Assembly: GCA_038064675.1 (NCBI GenBank)
Contig: JBBTSM010000002.1
Coordinates: 145,852 to 209,851, forward strand
DNA from: Patescibacteria group bacterium
GTDB lineage: Bacteria; Patescibacteriota; Patescibacteriia; UBA9934
Reading direction: 5' to 3'
DNA: 64,000 nucleotides
Shown here piece by piece: positions 8,995 to 17,987 of the stretch; positions within the stretch are counted from its first letter, which is position 1, and each line of letters begins with the position of its first letter. Made by a program: the position numbers and the translations under genes. The notes under the pieces were generated by a model. It was not told the origin of the DNA, did no database searches, and worked only from the letters and a program-made list of their open reading frames with translations.

Positions 8995-9330
8995 ATGGAA
9001 GAGTTCATCGCATATTTCTACGTCGGGATTCCAATAATCGTTATTGTCGTTATCGCTTTTCTACGGACAAAGAAAAAGATGAAAAGGATCAAAACGATCC
9101 AATCGATTCCGGAGAAGGATCGAACAACATCTGAAAGTAAATGGTTAAAATGGATTCGCTTTCTTTTGGAAATTATCATTCCGGCATACATAATCATCGT
9201 TCAAGGCTTTTTTGCCTATTTCGGTTATGGAAGCGGGCATCTACCTTGGTCAATTCTAGCTGTCTTTGTTGGTATAGCCCTTCACTTCGCCATACGAAGC
9301 TTCTTTCGAAATAAATTCGAAAACTCCTAA
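8995..9330 (+). CDS. Small membrane protein (first gene of the four-gene island operon).
   Basis: The ATG at 8995 is chosen because the 8971 start would lie inside the terminator stem. The product has about three transmembrane segments and a basic loop. Confidence 0.45.
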   Translation: MEEFIAYFYVGIPIIVIVVIAFLRTKKKMKRIKTIQSIPEKDRTTSESKWLKWIRFLLEIIIPAYIIIVQGFFAYFGYGSGHLPWSILAVFVGIALHFAIRSFFRNKFENS

Positions 9331-9342
9331 TAGATCGCCCCT

Positions 9343-9780
9343 ATGGAGAATCAAAAGGCGATCAAAGGAATCTCCCAAGAAAATAGGAAACTCATTTCCG
9401 GAACGTTATTCTTGGTTCTTTTTCTTTGGGTTTTTAACGGAATCTACGGAACGCTTATCTCCTTTGGATTATCGGCTGTTTTTTATTGGCTGCTCGATAG
9501 GATTGGAAAAGAATATGAATTCGATTCAGCGACAAACGAAAGGCTGAGAAGGGTCGTCTGGGGCATGATCGCGGGTGCACTTATCGTTGGATCGATACTG
9601 GCATTCAACTCCAAAAACCATACAGAGTGCGATCAACAGGTGCGAACAAGGGACGGTTACGAATGTGTTGGAGATTATGTTGCCGTTAAAGGGGGAGATG
9701 TTGTTGCGGGGGTATTATTAGCTATATTCGGTATTGCAGCCGCAAAAGTCTCGATAACGAAGGCTGACAGCGAGGCGTAA
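9343..9780 (+). CDS. Small membrane protein (second gene of the operon).
   Basis: Predicted to have three to four transmembrane segments, with a 12-nt gap to the upstream gene. Confidence 0.45.
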   Translation: MENQKAIKGISQENRKLISGTLFLVLFLWVFNGIYGTLISFGLSAVFYWLLDRIGKEYEFDSATNERLRRVVWGMIAGALIVGSILAFNSKNHTECDQQVRTRDGYECVGDYVAVKGGDVVAGVLLAIFGIAAAKVSITKADSEA

Positions 9781-9795
9781 CCCAATCTTCGGCCT

Positions 9796-10575
9796 ATGCT
9801 CAGATTTCTTGTTCCTGAACGATTTGAAGGCTTGAACGAGCAGGGTCTGACGAATGACCAAGCTATAGAGGCGCTCGTGCGAAAATATATTCAAGGCTAT
9901 AAACACGAATGTCCCAATACATCCTCGATTGCGGACGAAGATGATCGAAGTGCTACCGAAACTCTTCAAATCGGCGGGAAAATGGACACCCTATACGCAC
10001 TTAGTCGTTTGTATTTTAAACATTTAGATGAATTGGTGGATTCAGAAGCTGCCAGTCGATTAAAATCAGAAATCGCACAAGGCATCGGGGAAGAAAACCT
10101 ATTCCGAGATAAAGAGAGCTCCCCCGAAGAAGACCAGCAGAAAATGATCCGTAATTTACTAGATTACGTAGAATATACGGGGGAGGATGACCGAGTGATA
10201 AGCGTCTTAGCTACTCTAAAAAGAGACGTTTATAGAAAATCTACCAAATACGTCTTGGGCGATTTTGGTGTGCCGAACCCACTCTTGACCGAGGAGGCGG
10301 AGAAAACCGTGTCTGAAGGCTCTACGCGCTTCCTGAACGCGTTTAGAAGTCTGTATCCCGACCAATTTACCGGTAATCTCGAATTAGAAAACGACGGGTT
10401 GTTTTTCGTTGGCGAAATAGTCTCTCGCACACGGGTAATCTCCCAAGGAATGTACCCAGAATATGCTGACAACATTAGTCAAAGTGTTATTTTTGAAATC
10501 CTTCTTTCCCTCGATTCGATTCTTGGATCAAGAACCGCTTGGGATCAGGAATTCTGCGCTTGGATTTGTCATTAA
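9796..10575 (+). CDS. Hypothetical acidic cytoplasmic protein (third gene of the operon).
   Basis: A 259-aa Glu/Asp-rich product with no TM segments. The gap to the next gene is 47 nt. Confidence 0.45.
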   Translation: MLRFLVPERFEGLNEQGLTNDQAIEALVRKYIQGYKHECPNTSSIADEDDRSATETLQIGGKMDTLYALSRLYFKHLDELVDSEAASRLKSEIAQGIGEENLFRDKESSPEEDQQKMIRNLLDYVEYTGEDDRVISVLATLKRDVYRKSTKYVLGDFGVPNPLLTEEAEKTVSEGSTRFLNAFRSLYPDQFTGNLELENDGLFFVGEIVSRTRVISQGMYPEYADNISQSVIFEILLSLDSILGSRTAWDQEFCAWICH

Positions 10576-10622
10576 CTAAGGAGTAATATCAAGTTAACAC
10601 TTTAATAGCTACAATTAACGCT

Positions 10623-12620
10623 ATGGAATCAATTCAGATTAAAGGTAATGGCGTTAAATCGGTGCTTCGCAAGTTCAATAGAGCCCAATCCTTCGCTGAA
10701 TATGTCTGGAACGGTTTTGATGCTGGAGCAAAGAGCGTTAACATCAACTTTAAGACTGACAACATTTTTGATTCAGTTAACGAGATCAGCATATCTGATG
10801 ATGGAAGCGGCATCCCGTACCAGTTGCTAGAGGGCAAATTCAAGCCATTCTTTGAATCTGAAAAGGCGAGATTGAATGATCCGCAACATCGATCGCTGCC
10901 ACACGGAAAGAACGGCATTGGTCGCCTAACCTTCTACACTTTTGCACGCGAAGCTACATGGGAAACGATTTACTCTAAAAACGATAAGAAATTTTCTTAC
11001 ACAATTAAAATCACACAAAAAAGCCTAGAGAATTACGAAGGTAGTCACGACGAACAGAAGGAGGTCGCCACAGAAAAAACAGGAACAACGGTGGTATTTC
11101 GTTCGATTGAAGGGCTTACTCCTAGCATCATTAGAGATGAGATTGTAGATTTTTTAAAAACTGAATTCTGTTGGTTTTTAGAGTCGAAAAAGACCGCTGG
11201 CTTTTCCTTAAAAATTAACGGAGTTGATTTGGATTATGACGATATCGTCAATAACAAGGAGCGCATAGATTTGGTGCATCCTGATTCGGGAACAAAATTC
11301 TCACTAAACTTTATTCAATGGACTCGACATTTATCGAAAGAGTATTCCCGATGGTATCTGATTGATTCAAATGGAATGGAAAAATGGAAAAACGCGACTA
11401 GATTGAATAACAAAGGTGATAACTTTTTTCATAGCGTTTTTGTTTCGAGTAGCTATTTTGATGACTTTATATACGATCCGGATAAGACAGAAGAAGATAA
11501 GACGCTTTTCGGGCATTCAAAGGGTGATCCGGAGTTTAAATACTTGTTGGAGGAATTGAACAGATTCTTGTACAAAAAACGAAAACCGTTTTTAAAAAAT
11601 TCAGCAATCAAACTTATAAAGAATTATGAAACCGAGGGAATTATCCCAAAATTCAAAGAGCCATGGGAATTACCAAGAAAAGATGAGTTAGAGACGCTTA
11701 TCCGTGGACTGTATGAAATACAGCCTCGTCTCTTTTCGAGCTCATCCATAGAGCAAAAGAGGACATTTGTCCTTCTTCTAAATGCACTACTTGACTCAGA
11801 AGATCGAGAGCAGCTTTTAGATATCATTAATAACGTTCTCGAACTGAGTAGAGAAGATAGAACGGAATTAGTTGAGTTATTGAAAGTTACAAAGCTTTCT
11901 GGGATTATTAGCACAATTAAATTAATAAAAGAACGTTATAAAACGATCGATCAAGTTAAGGAGCTAGTCTTTAACCCCACTTTAAAAGCAAATGAAAGAG
12001 ATCATTTGCAGAAAATAATTGATGCACACTATTGGATCTTTGGTGAGAAATACAATCTAGTTTCATCTACAGAAATAAAGTTCCAAAAAGTACTTGAAAG
12101 CTATCTACATTTATTAGGAATCGAAAATAAGGCAGAAGTCATAACACATGTTGATAGGAATAAAGAGATGGATATATTTCTGTGCAGACAAAATATCTCA
12201 GTCGATACAATCGAGAATGTAGTAGTTGAGCTGAAGAGTCCAACCGTACCGCTCGGAGAAAATGAGCTATCACAGGTTAAAAGATACATGAGCGTTATCC
12301 TCAGCGCTGCCCAATTCAACGCAAATAACATGCAGTGGGATTTCATTTTGATTGGAAATAAATTCGATACCAGTGGTTTTATACAAAACGAGATTAAAAA
12401 TGCGGAAAGTCACGGCGAAAAGAGTAAGGGATTAGCATTCAAAACGGATCGTTATCGTATATATGTTCGCACGTGGAGTGAGGTATTAAACGACGTAGGA
12501 ATTCGACACGACTTCTTGCAAAAGAGGCTTGAACTTGATCGAAATAAACTGACTAAAGATTACGTTTCAGCAGATGATGTCGTCATAGACGCCGGAAAGA
12601 ATCTTGAGACGGTTGCGTAA
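10623..12620 (+). CDS. GHKL-family (MORC/MutL-like Bergerat fold) ATPase fused to a C-terminal PD-(D/E)xK nuclease-like domain. Predicted defence effector.
   Basis: N-box 'EYVWNGFDAGAK', G1 box 'ISISDDGSGIP' and G2 box 'HGKNGIGRL' mark the ATPase. The C-terminus 'DIFLCRQNISVDTIENVVVELKSP' fits a D...ExK nuclease motif. Confidence 0.6.
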   Translation: MESIQIKGNGVKSVLRKFNRAQSFAEYVWNGFDAGAKSVNINFKTDNIFDSVNEISISDDGSGIPYQLLEGKFKPFFESEKARLNDPQHRSLPHGKNGIGRLTFYTFAREATWETIYSKNDKKFSYTIKITQKSLENYEGSHDEQKEVATEKTGTTVVFRSIEGLTPSIIRDEIVDFLKTEFCWFLESKKTAGFSLKINGVDLDYDDIVNNKERIDLVHPDSGTKFSLNFIQWTRHLSKEYSRWYLIDSNGMEKWKNATRLNNKGDNFFHSVFVSSSYFDDFIYDPDKTEEDKTLFGHSKGDPEFKYLLEELNRFLYKKRKPFLKNSAIKLIKNYETEGIIPKFKEPWELPRKDELETLIRGLYEIQPRLFSSSSIEQKRTFVLLLNALLDSEDREQLLDIINNVLELSREDRTELVELLKVTKLSGIISTIKLIKERYKTIDQVKELVFNPTLKANERDHLQKIIDAHYWIFGEKYNLVSSTEIKFQKVLESYLHLLGIENKAEVITHVDRNKEMDIFLCRQNISVDTIENVVVELKSPTVPLGENELSQVKRYMSVILSAAQFNANNMQWDFILIGNKFDTSGFIQNEIKNAESHGEKSKGLAFKTDRYRIYVRTWSEVLNDVGIRHDFLQKRLELDRNKLTKDYVSADDVVIDAGKNLETVA

Positions 12621-12819
12621 TCCCTTTTTAGGTTTAAAAAATGTGTCTTTCTTAACAAAACCTACTATTTACTTCTCGATGTCCACAGTTTAAGAGAATG
12701 TCGGTGTATACTATGGGTACCATCAAATGTTGACAAAATGGCTAGATTTGAGACAATATTCCGTTACAAATCGAAAACCCCGATCGACTTGAGAATCAAC
12801 GGGGCTTCGATAATGAGAG

Positions 12820-12981
12820 TTACGCCTGCAAAATGCCCTCAATCTCACGGTTGATGGGCTTTTTGAATATGTGAAGATAGTAATAGATTTCTCCATCAAC
12901 CATCGTCTTCAACACTTTGCCCGGAGGATAATCCTCAAGCTCGGTGTCCCCCCATATTCGAAGAGGGTTCGGTACAATCAT
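12820..12981 (-). CDS. Possible 53-aa small ORF (MIVPNPLRIWGDTELEDYPPGKVLKTMVDGEIYYYLHIFKKPINREIEGILQA), found by manual translation.
   Basis: It falls below the ORF-track length cutoff. A hairpin (ccccgatcgacttgagaatcaacgggg, 12776-12806) lies downstream of its stop. Confidence 0.2.
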   Translation of the reverse strand: MIVPNPLRIWGDTELEDYPPGKVLKTMVDGEIYYYLHIFKKPINREIEGILQA

Positions 12982-13421
12982 AGTGATTCCCGTTATACCC
13001 TCAGGAGCCTGAGTGCGCGCTGGAGCTTATGCGCCCCCTCTGCCAGAGATGGGGGCAAAAGGGAAGCGTAAACAAAACACACGCTCAGGGCGAAACGAGA
13101 AGCTTTCCCTTTCGGGAAGAAAATCCAGTTCCATCCTAGGCGTGCGTGTTTTGAGTACGTAGTCCATTATGGTTGTGGCCTTTCCACTTCATGTTTCGTT
13201 CATATCGATTGCTCGATACGAAGATAGAGTAGCACATTCGCCCGCCAAAATACAGCGATCACCTCCCGGACGGTGTTGCCCGCCCGTTGCCTATAAGGTG
13301 ATGGGATCTGTATTTTTGTGAGTACTCGTGATGGCTAGTGAGAAACGAGAAATTAGCCTAGCTATCGCCAACTTCGTACCTTTTCGGCCATTTTTTCTTT
13401 TTTCCTAATTTTGCGTCATCA

Positions 13422-13446
13422 GGTTCGAGTCCCGTCCGTCCCGCCA
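13422..13446. repeat. attR-like 25-bp direct repeat identical to the tRNA-Asp 3' end.
   Basis: 'ggttcgagtcccgtccgtcccgcca' is identical to 5227-5251. It is followed by the terminator hairpin atccttcagc-tttt-gctgagggat. Confidence 0.7.
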
Positions 13447-13605
13447 AAAAATCCTTCAGCTTTTGCTGAGGGATTTTTTATTATCTTGCCAAGAGCCTGA
13501 GATTAAAACTTTTTTGTTTATTTAAAACGAACATATGGCCATAGAACGACTTGCGCAAAGTCTGCCATCGTCGCAGAATGGCCCCATGGTGAGTACTGAG
13601 AATAT

Positions 13606-14616
13606 ATGAAATACATTGATGTTAAGGAGTTGAAAGAGATCGTGCAAAGTGGGCATATGAACCTACTGGTTGGTTCCGGCTGTTCGCGCGACTATCTCTC
13701 GACATTGAGCGACATTGAAGTTCGCATGAATGCCCCGGAAACCGCCGAGCAAGCGCAAAAGGATTACTGTGAGCTAATATTGAAGTCTAAGGCTGTCCTC
13801 AGCCCGAGCCGGGAGCGCAGTGCAACGGAGAATGGCCGCCTAACTAAGACGAGGGAAAATTACAACGCGTTTCTAGGCCTACTCGCCGAAATTATCACGA
13901 AACGGTCGCTGCATATCGTCAACAAGCAGGTAAATATCTTTACAACAAATTTTGACGTGTTCATGGAAGAAACGTGCGAGCGACTCGGTATTCCTTATAA
14001 TGACGGATTTTCTGGTCAGATCCACCGCGTGTTCCGTACCGCAAATTTTAACAGGATTCAGAAATATAAGAGCTTACAGTTTGACAACACTTCGGACGTA
14101 CCAATTTTTAATATCATCAAGCTTCATGGGTCCACTTCTTGGCGAGTAAGGGGAGAGGAGATCGTCTACTCGGACGGCGCACATATCGACGACGATCTTG
14201 CCGAAAAGGACAGAGAGGATTTTTTGGATGGCTACAAAAAGCAGATCGCGGTCATCAACCCCAACGCCGAGAAACATTTTGAGACAGTACTCGACACGAC
14301 GTACGCGTCGTTGCTTCGAAAGTTCACCCTAGAGTTAGAAAAAGAGAACAGCGTACTTATCGTCATCGGTTTCTCGCTTACCGATGCCCATATTAGGCAT
14401 CTTCTCTACGGGGTCATGCAGTCCAATCCCACCCTCGTGGTTATTTACTACTCGCATTCTCCCTACAACGAAATGAGTGACAAGCTCGATGAAAAGAAAC
14501 ACCAGAACCTCTACGTGATTTCGCCTGAGCCGAGCTTCACCCTCGATAAGATCACCGGGCACCTTAGAAAAGCGTGTCTCGGAGACACGGATCCAGCCTA
14601 TGGAATCGAAGAATAA
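13606..14616 (+). CDS. SIR2-family NAD-dependent protein of the SIR2-HerA anti-phage system.
   Basis: The motifs 'NLLVGSGCS', 'IFTTNFD' and 'IIKLHGSTSW' form a SIR2-like Rossmann signature. The gene overlaps the HerA gene by 17 nt. Confidence 0.75.
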   Translation: MKYIDVKELKEIVQSGHMNLLVGSGCSRDYLSTLSDIEVRMNAPETAEQAQKDYCELILKSKAVLSPSRERSATENGRLTKTRENYNAFLGLLAEIITKRSLHIVNKQVNIFTTNFDVFMEETCERLGIPYNDGFSGQIHRVFRTANFNRIQKYKSLQFDNTSDVPIFNIIKLHGSTSWRVRGEEIVYSDGAHIDDDLAEKDREDFLDGYKKQIAVINPNAEKHFETVLDTTYASLLRKFTLELEKENSVLIVIGFSLTDAHIRHLLYGVMQSNPTLVVIYYSHSPYNEMSDKLDEKKHQNLYVISPEPSFTLDKITGHLRKACLGDTDPAYGIEE

Positions 14617-16486
14617 GTATCCGCTTGACGACCAGATCACGTATGATTCGGTGTTCACCATTGGCAACGTCGAAGGCGTAAAAGGAAAGGAGATCGTCGT
14701 GAGGGTGAAGAAGGATAAGAACCTTCCCCATCTCTTTTTTCATGGGAGAACTATCAAGAACGTGTCGGTCGGTCTTTCCAATTACGTAAAGATCATGAAG
14801 GGCTTTACCGAGATTATCTGCAAGGTCGAGGGAGAATATCTCGAAGAAGATCGGTCGAATGCTCGTAAGCCATACACGAACGAAAGGGCGAAGATCAACA
14901 GGTTCCTTAACGTTTCTGTGTTCGGATTTTACGATCACGATCAGAAGTTCCAGCATGGCATAAAGGAGATGCCTCTCGTTGGGAGCGAATGCAGGCTACT
15001 TTCCAGGGAGGAGTTTGAGACGTTACACCGACTTGCAAATGCTAACGAGCTATCTGTGCGACTCGGATCACTCGTCGATGAGGAAGCACAGTCTATCTCC
15101 ATCTCGGTAAAAAATCTGTTCGCTGGTCATATCGGTATCTTTGGGAACACCGGCTCAGGAAAGTCCAACACACTGGCGAAAATGTACTCGGAGCTCTTTC
15201 ATCTCTCAAAACTAAACGGTGCATTTAAGCGAAAGTCCAAGTTTATTTTTATCGACTTCAATGGGGAGTATTCGAGGGACGGCGCGGATCAAATTTTAAC
15301 TGAAGACAAGGCCGTCTTTCGATTACAAACAAGGGGTGCCTCTGGTTCGAAGTACCCAATATCAAAAGACGAGGTAGAAAAGTTGGAACTGCTCTCAATC
15401 CTGCTGGACGCCACGGAAAAGACGCAGCAACCATTCCTTCAGCGTGCCCTTGAACGATTGTGGTTCGACACTGACAATGATTACTTCGTCAAAGAAGTCG
15501 AAAGTATCACTCGGAAAATCCGAGAAATTTTGCTGAACAAGGAATCTCGCTTCGGCGTCTCATTTCTTAACAAGTTCGTCAAGGATTTCTCACAGCTTGG
15601 CTTTACAATCGTCAATACCTCGAAAAATCTGGACGATATAAAATACCATTCAAATAACCATTCGTTTTATTTTGTTGATGGCACTGACACGACATTATAC
15701 TCGGATAGGGATATCGAAAAATTCTTCGGGGAAGAAGGCTACTTTGACATATCCGCCCCAAGCAACATGGCGGTTCTGCGCAGGATTCAGTTTAAAATTT
15801 TCGACAATTATTACTTCGAGCTAATGAACGGGTACGTCAATGAGGAGCACATCGGTCCTTTAATGGGTCGCGTGAAGAAGCGGTTTAACATGCTGGATAA
15901 AGTCTTCGAAATAGACGGGCACACGGCCGATCACGCGAACATTCACGTCGTCGATTTAAAGAACGTAAATCTCGAGATTAAAAAGGTTATTCCGCTCCTC
16001 ATCTGTAAGACGCGTTATGACGAACAGAAGGAGCGGCGCAATGAGGACCAGGAAAACTCGCTCCATATCATTATCGACGAGGCGCATAATATTTTGTCGG
16101 AAAATTCAACTCGCGAAGCAGAGTCCTGGAAGGATTACCGACTGGAGACGTTCGAAGAAATCATCAAGGAGGGTAGAAAGTTTGGTGTGTTTCTCACTAT
16201 CGCGAGTCAGAGGCCGTCTGATATCTCCCCCACGATTATTTCTCAGTTGCACAATTATTTCATTCACAGGCTCATGAATGAGAATGACCTAAAGGCGATC
16301 AACAGGGCCGTCAGTTACCTAGATAAACTTTCGTTTGATTCGATCTCCAACCTTTCGATTGGCTGTTGCTTCATTGCGGGACAGATGACGCAATTTCCTC
16401 TTTCGATAAAAGTGGAACTTCTTGAACGCATTAGGAGGCCACAGAGCGAGACAGTCAACCTAGATACACTATGGCGAATGGAATAG
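14600..16486 (+). CDS. HerA-like (FtsK/HerA superfamily) ATPase partner of the SIR2 protein.
   Basis: Walker A 'GIFGNTGSGKSNT', Walker B 'LHIIIDEAHNI', and 'FLTIASQRPSDIS' (typical of HerA). Confidence 0.75.
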   Translation: MESKNKYPLDDQITYDSVFTIGNVEGVKGKEIVVRVKKDKNLPHLFFHGRTIKNVSVGLSNYVKIMKGFTEIICKVEGEYLEEDRSNARKPYTNERAKINRFLNVSVFGFYDHDQKFQHGIKEMPLVGSECRLLSREEFETLHRLANANELSVRLGSLVDEEAQSISISVKNLFAGHIGIFGNTGSGKSNTLAKMYSELFHLSKLNGAFKRKSKFIFIDFNGEYSRDGADQILTEDKAVFRLQTRGASGSKYPISKDEVEKLELLSILLDATEKTQQPFLQRALERLWFDTDNDYFVKEVESITRKIREILLNKESRFGVSFLNKFVKDFSQLGFTIVNTSKNLDDIKYHSNNHSFYFVDGTDTTLYSDRDIEKFFGEEGYFDISAPSNMAVLRRIQFKIFDNYYFELMNGYVNEEHIGPLMGRVKKRFNMLDKVFEIDGHTADHANIHVVDLKNVNLEIKKVIPLLICKTRYDEQKERRNEDQENSLHIIIDEAHNILSENSTREAESWKDYRLETFEEIIKEGRKFGVFLTIASQRPSDISPTIISQLHNYFIHRLMNENDLKAINRAVSYLDKLSFDSISNLSIGCCFIAGQMTQFPLSIKVELLERIRRPQSETVNLDTLWRME

Positions 16487-16590
16487 CCTAAATTGATGCC
16501 GAGTTACAAACTCTGCACCGTGTGACGTACCCGACAAGTCAACACTATAAGACAAAGAATATCCGCGTAAAACTATCCTGATAGAACCAT

Positions 16591-16630
16591 AAAATGCATT
16601 CCTACTCGTTCCATCACGTCCCGCCAAAAA
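16591..16630. repeat. 37-40-bp direct repeat (copy 1) ending in an att-like 'cgtcccgcca' followed by a terminator hairpin. It is part of a larger palindrome.
   Basis: 'aaaatgcattcctactcgttccatcacgtcccgccaaaaa' is about 90% identical to the repeat at 17381-17417. It is followed by the hairpin actccgcta-atttt-agcggagga and then by the inverted segment gcggacgggatggtgggaac. Confidence 0.5.
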
Positions 16631-16749
16631 TACTCCGCTAATTTTAGCGGAGGATTTTTATATGCGGACGGGATGGTGGGAACATAATGAAAGAGATCAT
16701 TAGTTATAAGGATGGTGGTTTCGTTTGATACATGAGAAAATATCTTTGT

Positions 16750-17367
16750 ATGCAGACCATCATTTTTGATTTTGACGGCACGATTGCGAATACCTTGGAA
16801 GCAACAGTTGAAGTTTATAATGAACTCGCTCCTCGTTTTCGGTGCAAACCCGTTAGCTCGGATGATCTTGAACATCTTCGAAATGGTCGGCCGAAAGAAT
16901 TGATGGCCGAATTCGGCATTAAAGCATGGAAACTTCCTTTTATTGTTTTCGCTGTCCGTAAAGGACTCGGGGATCGCAAGGTTCTGCCTCAAATTGGAAT
17001 AATTGATACAATTCGGAAACTAAAAAACCAGGGAGCTCTTCTCGGGATTCTTACCTCAAATTCAAAAGAAAATGTCGAGCGTTTCTTAAAGGAACACGAT
17101 CTTCAAAATAGTTTTGCGTTTATCAATTCCTATCGTCGTATTTTCGGTAAACACAAGGCCTTAATAAGCATCATGAAACAACGCGGGTTGAACCAATCTG
17201 AGGTTACTTATGTGGGAGACGAAGTCCGTGATATTGAAGCGGCGGAAAAAGCGGGTGTTAAAAGCGTCGGAGTAGTATGGGGCTTCCAGACACAGGGCGC
17301 CATCAAAGACGCGGATCCGGATGTCGTTGCCATAAAGCCGTTAGATCTTCTTGAACTTACGAAATAG
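16750..17367 (+). CDS. HAD-superfamily hydrolase (phosphoglycolate-phosphatase-like).
   Basis: Motif I 'IIFDFDGTI' is followed by 'LTSNSK' and a C-terminal 'GDEVRDIEAAEKAG'. The start is taken at MQTIIFDFDGT. Confidence 0.7.
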   Translation: MQTIIFDFDGTIANTLEATVEVYNELAPRFRCKPVSSDDLEHLRNGRPKELMAEFGIKAWKLPFIVFAVRKGLGDRKVLPQIGIIDTIRKLKNQGALLGILTSNSKENVERFLKEHDLQNSFAFINSYRRIFGKHKALISIMKQRGLNQSEVTYVGDEVRDIEAAEKAGVKSVGVVWGFQTQGAIKDADPDVVAIKPLDLLELTK

Positions 17368-17380
17368 GCGTTGCGTGCAT

Positions 17381-17417
17381 AAAATGCATTCCTACCCGTT
17401 CCACCACGTCCCGCTAT
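17381..17417. repeat. Direct repeat (copy 2) flanking the HAD cassette.
   Basis: 'aaaatgcattcctacccgttccaccacgtcccgctatgaaaaaa' is followed by the hairpin atctcagc-tcac-gctgaggtt. Confidence 0.5.
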
Positions 17418-17503
17418 GAAAAAATCTCAGCTCACGCTGAGGTTTTTTCTTTTTATTACACTTGGGCTTTAAGATTTTGTGTAAACTACGAGCGAAGTCG
17501 GAG

Positions 17504-17968
17504 TTACTCCGCTTCCGGAGTTGCAGGAGGAGTACCAAACGAAGATCCTTCTGGAAGAATTTGAATCGTACTTGCAGTAACACTGCCGTTATCGTTGCTC
17601 GTTCCTGTGACGGTGATCGTCGTCCCGGTCGTCAGGTCTGTCGAGGAACCTTCCGTCATTTTGTTGATTGTTGATGCATCTGAGAAGAAGACTAACTTGG
17701 AACCGCCATCGGAAAGCTTAATGGTCATGCTTTCAGCATCCATTGAGAGAATCTCGCCACTTACGAACCCGCCACCGGCTTGGCCTCGTGTGAAGCCGCC
17801 TGGTCCTCCGGACATCCCAGATCGCTGGCTTGGGTCGAAGTTGCCGAAACGTGATGCGAGGGCACTTATATCTGAGGTTTGTGATTTGGCATACTGCATG
17901 CCACCAAAGAACGCACCTCCACCCACGATGACTGCCGTAGCAATGACACTGAGAAGGATCTTTTTCAT
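17504..17968 (-). CDS. Secreted Gly/Thr-rich protein, last gene of the efflux operon.
   Basis: Signal peptide MKKILLSVIATAVIVGGGAFF, followed by a low-complexity G/S/T-rich region. Confidence 0.45.
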   Translation of the reverse strand: MKKILLSVIATAVIVGGGAFFGGMQYAKSQTSDISALASRFGNFDPSQRSGMSGGPGGFTRGQAGGGFVSGEILSMDAESMTIKLSDGGSKLVFFSDASTINKMTEGSSTDLTTGTTITVTGTSNDNGSVTASTIQILPEGSSFGTPPATPEAE

Positions 17969-17987
17969 AGAAAAACTGGGTAAATAA

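Larger units (their letters stand above)
5227..13446. mobile_element. Integrative genomic island inserted at the 3' end of tRNA-Asp. It is bounded by a 25-bp direct repeat and carries an integrase/Xis pair plus AT-rich cargo.
   Basis: The last 25 nt of the tRNA ('ggttcgagtcccgtccgtcccgcca', 5227-5251) recur at 13422-13446. A tyrosine integrase sits adjacent to the tRNA, and the cargo is clearly more AT-rich than the flanks. Confidence 0.6.

Noticed and set aside
10634-12346. Several 80-96-aa antisense ORFs inside the GHKL ATPase-nuclease gene.
   Set aside because: They are fully contained within a long, motif-bearing sense ORF. The AT-rich sequence yields spurious short frames.
16591-17417. 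Reading the 37-bp direct repeats around the HAD gene as CRISPR-like or integron attC sites.
   Set aside because: There are only two copies. Each is a tRNA-3'-end-like core plus a terminator hairpin. There is no integron integrase and no attC secondary-structure signature.
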